Part shown: piece by piece, positions 1-12,410 of the stretch | Layout of the letters: each line of letters begins with the position of its first letter | How positions within the stretch are numbered: position 1 is the first letter of the stretch | Assembly (NCBI GenBank): GCA_964016885.1 | Contig: OZ024751.1 | Location: 24,180,001-24,244,000 of the forward strand | Source of the DNA: Eledone cirrhosa | Lineage: Eukaryota | Reading direction: 5' to 3' | Length of the DNA: 64,000 nucleotides | The notes under the pieces: model-generated | What the model saw: the letters and a program-made list of their open reading frames with translations, nothing else | Told to the model about the DNA's origin: nothing | The model's database searches: none | Position numbers and translations under genes: made by a program

Positions 1-25
1 GATATTACCTTCCAGTGTTCCACCT

Positions 26-493
<468 letters not shown>

Positions 494-527
494 TTACAAT
501 AATCAAAGTTCAGTTTAAATCATTTAT

Positions 528-576
528 TTGCTTACAATTGTTTCCTCCAAACCGAGGTTTGGATTCTTCGGAGCAA
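528..576 (-). ncRNA. Minimal type-I hammerhead ribozyme
   Basis: Reverse complement reads TTGCT-CCGAAGA-aTCCAAACctcgGTTTGGAg-GAAA-CAATTG-T-A-AGCAA. Stem I 5 bp, stem II 7 bp, palindromic stem III, GUA site, U4C variant core. Confidence 0.7.
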
Positions 577-726
577 CTATTTAATGATCTATAACATACT
601 TGACCTCCTTTTCAACACAAGAGACATATAAAAATATATGCATATATTGACCCACAGTGGGATGACATCCATCATAATGATATAGTATGGCAATTTACAT
701 ATAAAGGTTAAAGGATAAAAATAAAA

Positions 727-780
<54 letters not shown>

Positions 781-1667
781 TTATATACTTGACTGCTACT
801 ATTTTATCGACCTCAAAAAGATGAAAGACAAAGTTGACCTAAGCGGATTTTGAACCCAGAACGCAGAGAGCCAGAGCGAATATTACAAAATATTTTATGT
901 GACATTCTAATGGCTTTGCTGGTTTGATTTAATCTAGGTTAAATATGACGTATTTTCAGGAATTAATTAAAACGCATTATATAACATCTCTATTAGCTGT
1001 GATAAAATTCTTAATGTGTGAAATAAAGCCAGTATAATTAAATATATAAAATATTGTAATAGGATAATGAAACACTGAGAATGTTAATCTAGATCCATTA
1101 TCCGTTACCATTATATTGGCTATGTCAGTAACATTTCTCATATACATAGAAGGAAGCAGAATAGATAGGCATAGAGACGTTCAAATGAACAGTATTGATT
1201 TCACAAGATGAATCTTCTTAATTTCATTGAGCATGAACGGATAACAGCCGAAGAGGAAATTTACATTTTCTTTACATCAGTCAACGTGACTACATAGCAG
1301 AAAGAATAGAAACTAAATTAAATAGCGTGTAAGCTACTGTTTCTCAGATTCTACTAATATTAAACTATACATAAGCCGTCTTTATATCTCACTGAATGTT
1401 AGACATACAGGCGCAGAATGTTCAAGGCTGTTGAACCTAAGTAAGATATAGAAAGAATTTTAAATCATCCCGATAGTTACCCAATATGTGAATGTCGAAC
1501 AAGCTTATTTATCTATATAGCAGTGTCTTGTAGTAGATTTTGTCGTTGATGCTGTTGTTGAGGTTGCTGTTAACACAATACATTTCTACAAAGATTTTAT
1601 GTTCTGCATCAAAAGTATTGGAATCTGCATTCTTTTTCACACATTGTGTAGAGCTATCTCACTCCTT

Positions 1668-1802
<135 letters not shown>

Positions 1803-1914
1803 ACCGTTAAGGCTGTCTTTTTTTCCGGGTATGTCAATATTTATTTATAAAAGAAATCTGTATTTTATGTGATGAAAGCGCACCATAATTTGCCTTGGTT
1901 CCTCTTGAAATATA

Positions 1915-1979
<65 letters not shown>

Positions 1980-2236
1980 TTATGAAATACCAATAATGAA
2001 TGATATGGATTATTCATTTTGATTTTTAAAAAGGGTATTATTGTTCGCTGTCAGATATGGCCACCCTTGAGATTATGTTCATGCAAATTCATTTAGAATC
2101 TCAATTATGCCGAACAACCGATATGGAGTTTCGTGGAACCAAATTTTAGTCTTGCTGACAGTTAGACATTTTACCTATCAATTTTCTTGACGCCGACTGT
2201 GATGTTATTCAAGCAGACACATAAACCATCGTGCGC

Positions 2237-2328
2237 TTTCAATATCTTATTTGTATGTATTTCAAAGCGTATATGAATAGGCAGATATATGTATATTCAT
2301 ACATTTATACATATGTATACATACGTAC

Positions 2329-2415
<87 letters not shown>

Positions 2416-2534
2416 AATACATACATATATACATATATATGCATATATACATATACATGTATAGATACATACACACATACATGTACATATAAATATGCAA
2501 GCATAAATAATACTTATTCATATACACACAGACG

Positions 2535-2566
<32 letters not shown>

Positions 2567-2687
2567 TACGTCTGTGTGTATATGAATATGTATTATTTAT
2601 GCTTGCATATTTATATGTATATGTATGTGTGTATGTATCTATACATGTATATGTATATATGCATATATATGTATATATGTATGTATT

Positions 2688-2740
<53 letters not shown>

Positions 2741-2828
2741 GTATGTATACATATGTATAAATGGATGTATATACATATAATATCTGCCTATTCATATACG
2801 CTTTGAAATACATACAAATAAGATATTG

Positions 2829-2831
<3 letters not shown>
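2237..2831. repeat. ~600-bp fold-back palindrome of TA-rich sequence
   Basis: tttcaatatcttatttgtatgtatttcaaagcgtatatgaataggcagat at 2237 is mirrored by ...atctgcctattcatatacgctttgaaatacatacaaataagatattgaaa ending 2831. Centre is cacacagacg(TA)n cgtctgtgtg. Confidence 0.85.
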
Positions 2832-2882
<51 letters not shown>

Positions 2883-3056
2883 ACATATATATATACATAT
2901 ATATATAACATGTACACTAACGTAAAACAAGTTTATGTACATGCAATGAATTATGAATTTATTTGATTTTACACAAATATTCATTTTAGGAATTTATGGT
3001 GACACTCAAACATAAGAACAAATAGACTCCCATCCTTGCACGCCTAAACAAACACG

Positions 3057-3171
<115 letters not shown>

Positions 3172-4142
3172 TACCTATATATATATATACATACGTATAT
3201 AAATATATATATGTTTATGCATATATATATTCGTAGGGTATATTTATTCGAGTATATCTATACTCGACTCTGTGTGTATTCATGTGTGTAGCTGTGTATT
3301 TATGTCGGTGTGTATATATGTATGTGCGTGTACTGAATTAATGCATATAATCCAATGCCGACAATTCCAGGAAATTGAATAATTAATCCAAATGTCTTGG
3401 ACTGAATATCGTGCACACGAATTTCTAAATTCCCTTGAAACCTCATTTTCTGCGGAATTAATTTGATTCCTTCATCATTGATTCATTGAGAGACGGGCAA
3501 TGCTTATGACCCTTTTCAACACATCTGTCATGACATCGATTAGAATGTTTTGTGGTTAAATCTTCTGAGTCTCTGGGCATTGTTTTCAAATCCCACCGAG
3601 GTGAACTTTATCTGTTTAACATTTCGAAGTCGATAAAATATACCAGTTCACTGCTGGGGTTCATTCTTCCTCTATACCTTTTCTCCCACCTATTTTCTAT
3701 CACTCACTTTCTCCTTCTCTGGAAATAATCGGATGTACAGCCCTAGAGATATGATGGTCTCCCCCATGTTTAAATTGCCACTACAACTCCATTAGCTGTT
3801 ATGTGTCCATAGATACATTCTCTATATCAAATAATTCATTAATGAAGAATTTTGTGGCATTTATTAGAATTATTTATTATTTTATTACAAGCTACGAAGT
3901 TCATATAACATATAACGATTCTATGGGAAGGAGAATCACCATTATATCGACGCCGGTATTTTGTTGGTACTATATTTTATCAACTATCGAAAGGATCAAA
4001 GGCAAAACTAACCTGTGGAGGGGATTTTAACTCATAACGAATAGAGTCGTGATTAAATGCTTACACAACACTAACAATTCTCACAATCCACCACCACCAC
4101 AATCATCACCACTACCACTACCACCAACGTCAGATAAAATAT

Positions 4143-4339
4143 AGGCCAGCATTTTTGAGGGGATGAGAAAGTCGATTAAATCGACCCCAGTGCATGACTG
4201 ATACTTTATTTTATCGACCCGTAGAGAGAAAAGGCAAAGATACCCTCGACGGGATTTCAACTCAGATCATAAAGGGCAGTAACTCCATGCTGTAAAGCAT
4301 GGCATCCGACCCTCTACCCATACTGCCAATCCACCGCCC
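4143..4339 (-). mobile_element. tRNA-derived SINE, family 1
   Basis: Diverged reverse-complement copy of the ~190-bp family consensus (A box TGGCAGTATCGG, B box GAGTTCAAATCC, core gcctttcatccttacggggtcgataaaataaagtaccag). Confidence 0.85.
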
Positions 4340-4664
4340 TCATGCCAGATAAAATATTAACATAAAAAATAAGGTGTATTATGGAATTGATTATTCACCC
4401 CCACACCATTCAACAGGTGGATATAAATTAGTGATTCTGCTTTGTTATAAAGATAATCATTTTCTTAAAGTGTTATTTCTTATCTGTAAACATATTATCA
4501 CTCAATGATAAATGGGTTCTAACTGATATATCATTTACACACTTCAATGTCTATCAATAAGCATAATTCTATTGAAGCTATTGCATTTATCTCTCGAGTT
4601 GTAAATAATTTATACTGGAAATTTAAAAGTATATGCACACTCACATTCACAAACAAATACAGAC

Positions 4665-4707
<43 letters not shown>

Positions 4708-4892
4708 TTAGAAACACACAGATACGGCCTCGATATGAATACCCCCTCCGCCTCCGTGGTATTTTCTTCGTGGTTATAAGAGGCTTAGCTCTGTTTCTCG
4801 ACCGTTATATCGCGTGACTATCTCCCCCTCCGCCTTTTGGGATTCTTTCTCACGTCGTGTAGACGCGTTCTTGAGACTAGTAAAATGAGGTA

Positions 4893-4980
4893 TCCTCTTG
4901 ATAAGTTGGCAGACCTCGCAAGGACTCTATATCTTTGATATATTGTTTTTGTTTATGCCACGAAACTACGTAGTCGAGGA
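4893..4980 (+). ncRNA. Type-I hammerhead ribozyme, predicted cleavage after 4975
   Basis: TCCTC-TTGATAA-G(T)TGGCA...TGCCAC-GAAA-CTACGTAG-T-C-GAGGA. Stem I TCCTC/GAGGA, U3-A8 covariant core, stem III palindrome ACTACGTAGT, GUC site. Confidence 0.85.
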
Positions 4981-5483
4981 ATTTAGGAGCAGTTTAGGTA
5001 TGATACATTTTATTACTAATTATATCTAAATGTTTCTTCTCTCTTCATAATGTATTTTTAACTCTGATACTGGTTCAGTCTGGTTCAAACTGAATTGGTC
5101 TGTCCCAGTCATTCATTGAGCAACATCGGTGAAGTTGGCACCCTTAACTCGCAGTTGGGTGCGGATGCATTCATGTATATATGTGTGTGTCCGCATGTAT
5201 CTGTGTGTTTCTAAATATATTAATAACTCCCTCTGGTCGAGCAATCTTTGAAGTGTGGGGACAACTGGAAAGCTTCCATTACTCGTACTTCTCGCCTTCT
5301 TCACTACCTCTTCTACGGCCTCGATATGAATACCCCCTCCGCCTCCGTGGTATTTTCTTCGTGGTTATAAGAGGCTTAGCTCTGTTTCTCGACCGTTATA
5401 TCGCGTGACTATCTCCCCCTCCGCCTTTTGGGATTCTTTCTCACGTCGTGTAGACGCGTTCTTGAGACTAGTAAAATGAGGTA

Positions 5484-5571
5484 TCCTCTTGATAAGTTGG
5501 CAGACCTCGCAAGGACTCTATATCTTTGATATATTGTTTTTGTTTATGCCACGAAACTACGTAGTCGAGGA
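5484..5571 (+). ncRNA. Type-I hammerhead ribozyme, second tandem copy, predicted cleavage after 5566
   Basis: Same sequence as 4893-4980, 591 nt downstream. Confidence 0.85.
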
Positions 5572-5643
5572 ATTTAGGAGCGGTTTAGGTATGATACATT
5601 TTATTACTAATTATATCTAAATGTTTCTTCTCTCTTCATAATG

Positions 5644-5723
<80 letters not shown>

Positions 5724-5794
5724 CTTACATATATATATATACATATATATACACACACATATATATATATATGTATATATGTGTATATATATAT

Positions 5795-5839
<45 letters not shown>

Positions 5840-5880
5840 TATATATATATACATATATATATGCATATATATATACACAC

Positions 5881-5938
<58 letters not shown>

Positions 5939-6256
5939 TATATATTATTGTGTGTGCGTGTGTGGGTATCTTTGTTTTACTGCAGAATCTAATAGAGCGA
6001 CTTCTGACTTATAAAATAATGTCTAAATTCAAGACGTTATTAGATAAATAAATAAAAGTATGAAGAAAATGGCGACTTTCTGTACTACATCAATAAACTA
6101 ATAGCTGAAACGTATCTGATAACAAACACAAGCATACACACACACACGTACACACACAAACACACACACATGCAGAGCACACCACAAAGTCAATTACCAT
6201 CAATCTAGATTGTATATAAACGGAAAACTTAAATTCATATTATATATATACATACG

Positions 6257-6382
<126 letters not shown>

Positions 6383-6817
6383 TTATTCCGGGTTCAATCG
6401 GGGGTAACCACAGTAAGTAAGGTACTCAATACATAGCAGAGTATAAATGTATTAAAATATATATATATATATATAGATACAAAAGTTCTATTTAAAGTTG
6501 TTAGGATACAACAAGTAAATATTTTTATAACTGATATAAAGCACTCGACAAATTTTTGGAGTAGATATACGATATTAATAAATGGAAACTATATTTATAA
6601 AACCATATTTATTTCATTATACATATTTCAGGGATACCACATTAAATTATGTTCTTTTCTCTCTCTCCGTCTTTTTTCTTTCTCTCCGTCTTTTTCTAAT
6701 TGTGCTTAACACTATGACTTATTATATAAACAAATCACTATCCAGACAGCCTCCAAAAGTAATGGTTGTATTTTAAAGGGTACGTCAAACCTATTTGTAA
6801 AACTGTTATATATTGTA

Positions 6818-6878
6818 TTTTGTCTGATGAAGGCATACCATAATTTAATGTGGTATCCCTGAAATATGTATAATGAAA
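6818..6878 (+). ncRNA. Minimal type-I hammerhead ribozyme (family D); its 3' part is also present inverted at ~6578-6650
   Basis: TTTTGT-CTGATGA-AGGcATACCATA-loop-TGTGGTATcCCT-GAAA-TATGTA-T-A-ATGAAA. Confidence 0.75.
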
Positions 6879-7567
6879 TAAATATGGTTTTATAAATATA
6901 GTTTCCATTTATATATAATGCAAGATATTCGTAGGTAAAAATGTCAAGGAAATGAATGATCAATCTATTATAAAAGAGGTTATTTAGTATTTTTAAGATT
7001 CATATACTCACGTATGCGTGACCATAGGTTTCAGGTTCTATTATGGTGGACAAGCCGTTTCATGGTGGACAAGCCGTTTCAAAACTGGTTTCTTGTCGGG
7101 TGCCATGATTAACGAGGTTGGCGGGGGGGGGGGGGGGTATTCTTCGTAATTTTGTCCTAGGGCCCGATGAGAACTCAATCTTGAAACGGCTGCTCAACTA
7201 CAGTGGTTACCATAAATGGACAAAAGTGTGAGAAAAAGTGAAATAAACGTGTTTTTGTCAAGAACAGGCACGTGTCATCCGGTCTGATAATTGAACCCAT
7301 GGCATTATGATCTTAAGCCGAAATACCTAACTGCTGCGCCCTCAATACCTAACTGCTGTGCCCTCAATGATTGCTTATTAATGTCAATACGAAAAATTCA
7401 AAATCAGTCGCCTTTATATTTGCACTCTCTAAAAATGTTAAAAAGTGAAGATTTATATGAACTTTTAAATTTATTGATATAATGATTTTAAAATTATACC
7501 ACGTATATACTTATCAGTATGTCGTAATCTCTCCCCCCTCTCTCTCTCTATCACTCTCACTCTCTCC

Positions 7568-7615
<48 letters not shown>

Positions 7616-8422
7616 GTTGATATCTTGATCTCTCTTGATCTTTTTTTCTATCTTACCTAATCCAACTCTCTCTGACTCTCCCTTTCATTCTCACTCTCTT
7701 TCTTTCTCTCTCTTATATCATGAAATCTGTTTTCCTATATCATTCTCACATTCTCCTTCCTCTTTTTTAATAGTCTTCATTTTTATATCGGTCACAGGTT
7801 GATGGATTTTGCTCTCGTTGCTCTTTCATTTGTAAATATATTTTTAAATAAATGGAAAAATAAAATGTCTTAATGTATTTTGGAATAAATTTACGAAAAT
7901 ATCATATAAATATGCAACATGGAAAATAAAATCTGTTTGCATATGTATCAATGAGCAAAAATAGATCGATAAAAGGATTACTTTGATTGATATGATCGAC
8001 CAAATCCCTTCAAGGCTTTGCCTTATCATGCTGCAGTCAAATGACTTAAACTAGTAAAAGAATATGATGTTTCATATTTTGACGATTTATACTTTTACCA
8101 AATTTGTAGAATAATATATTTCATAAAAGGTACCAGCTTACCTTAAGCGTTTTCTTTGTCTAACAGAGAAATAAAATTAATTTGCGAAAATGTCAAACTA
8201 CGGAACCTCGGGATATATATATAAAACTACGTCTCAGGAAACTGTATATTTAATTACTGAATACTTATAATGCAAGTTATGTTCGTCATATACTTTAGTA
8301 TATTATATATAGGCGTTAGAAATTCGTTGCGAATCTCTGAGCTCTGAGTTCAAATTTCCTTTCCATACTTTATTAGCAGATTTAGTGCCTGGGTTGATTC
8401 TTTCAAACTCCTTCTCTCTCTC

Positions 8423-8472
<50 letters not shown>

Positions 8473-8739
8473 TTCCTTTGGAAAATACCCCGTGTACACG
8501 GCGGCGTTCCTATCACTTCATAAAGAGTTCAAGACCGCTTGGAAGGTCATATAGTACGAATTTTTTTTATTTAAGGTTGATGGTTTATATACATTCATAT
8601 ACAAAACTTGCTAAAATTATGCCGTTAAAATGGCTCTGCATTGCCAGAATTGTTAGAAAGAGTTTCCGTTCAATAATTGATTGATTAAAGTATTGGTTGA
8701 TTAAAGTTTTCTACTCAATATATTATTATATTATTACAT

Positions 8740-8931
8740 GCGGTGGATTGGCAGTATTGGTAGAGGATCGGACGCCATGCTTTACAGCACAGAGTTACGT
8801 CCTTTTATGGGCTGAGTTCAAATCCTGCCGAGGTTAATTTTGCCTATCATCCTTAGTGGGTCGATAAAATAAAGTACCAGTAATACACAGGGATAGTTGC
8901 TGGCCTTGTGCCAAAAGTAGAAGCAATTATT
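8740..8931 (+). mobile_element. tRNA-derived SINE, family 1
   Basis: gcggtggattggcagtattggtagag...gagttcaaatcc...gtcgataaaataaagtaccag...gcaattatt. Confidence 0.9.
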
Positions 8932-9645
8932 ACCTTATTGTATTAAGAACGCTTACGTGGAGTATTTTTCTTCAAACATATGTATGTAGCATCGCGCCCC
9001 TTAACAATGAATGTAGAATAGGTTGTAGCATAAACCATTATGTATCGCTGTTTAGAACAAGTACAACATCTCCTTATGTGTCGTAAGAAACTACTAATAA
9101 AGGTTGGTGCAAGAAAGAGCATCTGGTCGTGAAAGAATTGTCACTATAAATGCTCTAATGATAAGTCTGGAAAATATAATGGGTTCCGAAAATGTAAACA
9201 CTCTCTCAGCAGGAAAAATGGTCTACAAATATACTTCAATCAGCTAATTATTCTCGGTAAGTTATTGACTACAGTTGAGAAATATATACCAACAAAAATA
9301 AAGAAATCTCCATTATTAAGACTATCAATAATTTGTTAAAGAAAACCGTGCAGAACATCCATAGAATTTCATTTCACAACAAGCCTAATTATGTATGAAA
9401 TATGTAACATACTTCCGATTACCAATTATGTTTAAACTGTGCTGATGTTGTACTTTATATACCTATATATATATATATATATTTTTTTTTATATACATAT
9501 AATACGCACAAATAACTCATAATTTTGTGAATAGCTATTCAGACCTTTTGCTGAAAAATAACGCCTTTAACACTAATTAGGGTGTTCACTCTGGAGTAAA
9601 TATATTTCTTAGCACTGAGTATATATATATATATATATACACTCT

Positions 9646-9725
<80 letters not shown>

Positions 9726-10845
9726 CGCGCGTGTGCCGTTTGTGTGTGCGCGCGCTGTGTGTGTGTGTGTCTGTGTGTGTATGTGTGTATTTATAAATAA
9801 TTCGTACAGAAAGTATTTCTAGATGCTTCATTCACTTGAAATTATCATATACCATGTAGAAGTCATTTGTATGTTTTGCATATGGAATAAATGTATCTTC
9901 TCTACTAATGTATCGAGTACCTTATTAAACTGTAGCTTCTCTCACATATACATACACATAGATACCGACACACACACGCATATATATATATATGTGTGTA
10001 TATATGTATATATATATGTACATATATGTATATATGTGTGTGTGTTTTGTTTGTGTGTGTTTACGTACACGCAAATATATATATATAAACGGAAAAAATG
10101 AACCGAAATTTCATTTCTCACTCTTCGTACGGCTGATACTTAAATGTAAGTATGTATACGTACATACATATATGTATACAGACGTACAGTAGTATGTATA
10201 TACATACATACATGCACACACATATATATGTACGTATACATACTTACATATATATAAATATATATATATATTGGTAAACGGAATAGAAAATGCTGACAAA
10301 TTGTTCACAGTTGAAAAATATATATATATATATATATATATATTTATTTATATATATATATATTTACGTGTACTCTCTTTCTATCATAGAAGTCTTCCTT
10401 CCACCCGACAAATCGTAATCTCCGGCGTGTTCCTTCCTCATCTGCGCTATCGCCTTATTAGATATACAATGTTTCCTTTACTCTCCTTCCAATATTTGCT
10501 AGAACATTCTAGTTAACATCAATTTACTATTTATCATCAATATAAATTCTAAATATCATGTTTGTTTTTACTATATTTCCTATTCATATCCGATAGCTGT
10601 GTACCCAGTATACACCTAGCTAAGTAAACGAACGGTTGCTTGCTCGTGTGTACGATGTGTGTGTGTGCGTATGTGGGTGTGTGGGTGTTGTAGGGGCTTG
10701 AATTTTCTTTTACACATATCTGTATCATGATTGCGCTTCTAGATAGGTGTATATATGCATTTGTGTTGTCTGTCTTGTGGTTGCATGTTCGAATGCGTTT
10801 TTATATGTATGAAAGTTATGTGTATTCAGAATTTTACACGCACAC

Positions 10846-10962
<117 letters not shown>

Positions 10963-10982
10963 TATATATATATATATATATA

Positions 10983-11088
<106 letters not shown>

Positions 11089-11163
11089 TATATATATATG
11101 TATGCATAGATATATATATATATATATATATGTATGCATATATATATATATGTATACATATAT

Positions 11164-11194
<31 letters not shown>

Positions 11195-11272
11195 GTACTC
11201 AATACTTAGGGTAGTAGAGTGGGTAATACTCGTTCCTATATATATATATATATATATATATGGGTGTGTGCG

Positions 11273-11303
<31 letters not shown>

Positions 11304-11558
11304 TAATGCGCGTATGTGTACGTGTGCCTATATATGTGTGTGAAATAATGAGATGCACTAAAGGTTAACCCCATGTAAATCACCCCGTTGAACTGTTTAC
11401 CATATTTTCTATATATTTTATGTATCTGATATCGATCAGCATATAATCTCAAAGGCAACACGTTTTCCCTGGAAAAATGTTTTACTTTTTTTTTCTCAGA
11501 GCTCATCGTTCTCTATATTTATTTTCCATCTTCATTCTCTATTTATTTCCAATAAATA

Positions 11559-11770
11559 GTGGTTAGAGAATTGGATTCGTAATCGTGAGTTTGCGAGAGT
11601 GATATCTGAACTGGGTGATACGTTATGTCCTTGTGCAAGACATTGTCTTTCGTGTTGCTCTTTTTGCCAGGCGTTGAGGCCGGTAAATAGTATCAGCGAT
11701 GGAAACATTGTTTCCTTGGTCCTATATGAAGAGCTCCATCCCTCTCGGTAAGCAAATGAGGTCTGAAAAG
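11559..11770 (+). mobile_element. Old tRNA-derived CORE-type SINE, family 2 (other copies ~13005-13100, 23028-23220, 28727-28940, 57300-57390)
   Basis: gtggttagag head followed by a CORE-like tgtccttgagcaagacactttatttcac segment. The CORE assignment is from recalled similarity. Confidence 0.6.
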
Positions 11771-11829
11771 ACTTTATACTAACAGCCAAACCCAATAAGC
11801 CATAGTGTAAGAGCTAGAATCATTAAGGT

Positions 11830-12410
11830 ATAGAAGGACTATTCAGAATAAATAAGCTATACAAATACTATCATAGACACTATACTATACAAGGGCTAGC
11901 TAGAGATAATAAGCTCTACAATGGTTAGCTGGAAATACTAAACTATACAGCGACTAGCTACAGACACTACTTCATACATGGGGTTATTCAGAAATAATAA
12001 GCTACACAGGGGCTAGCTAGACACTAAACTATACAAGGATAGCTAGAGACAGTAACTTATACGGCGGCCAGACACTAATTTATACAGGGTCTATCCAGAG
12101 ATAATAAGCTCTACAAGGATAACTAGAGATAGCTAAATTAAACAAGAACTACCCAGAGATTACAAAAGCTAGCTAGAGATAAGAAATTATACAGAGGCTA
12201 GGCAGAGATAACAAGGTTTACTGGAGATAACTAGAGACATTGTACTATACAAGGGCATGGTAGAGACACTATACTATAGAAGGACTAGCTTGGGATAATA
12301 AACTATACAGAGTCTAGTTAGAGATAATAAACTTAACAAGGGCTAGCTGGAAACACTAAACTATGCAAGGTCTAGCTAGAAATAATAAGCTATACTAGGG
12401 ATAGATAGAG
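11830..12410. repeat. Degenerate ~29-30-bp minisatellite
   Basis: About 20 diverged units of approximate consensus agagataataagctatacaagggctagct. Confidence 0.8.

Larger units (their letters stand above)
4700..5651 (+). mobile_element. Retrozyme-like tandem element, 591-bp unit (~1.6 copies) with short inverted 5' piece, in (TA)n
   Basis: Direct repeat with period 591 (aggactctat at 4921 and 5512; atttaggag at 4981 and 5572). 4700-4725 is the reverse complement of unit-internal gtatctgtgtgtttctaaatatatta. One HHR per unit. Near-identical to 32529-33362. Confidence 0.85.

Noticed and set aside
5181-5408. 75-aa ORF repeated at 32730-32957
   Set aside because: It recurs only because the 591-bp unit is a recent duplicate. 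It starts in a TG-rich patch and has no recognisable motif.
7072-7191. CCGATGA...GAAAC hammerhead-like string
   Set aside because: No stem I or stem III pairing. Better explained as one arm of a small MITE-like inverted repeat (agccgtttcaa/ttgaaacggct).
8740-8830. tRNA gene at SINE heads
   Set aside because: A and B boxes are present but there is no cloverleaf; continuous with the SINE body in many copies.
11830-12410. CRISPR-like array
   Set aside because: Eukaryotic context, degenerate tandem units without unique spacers, no cas genes.
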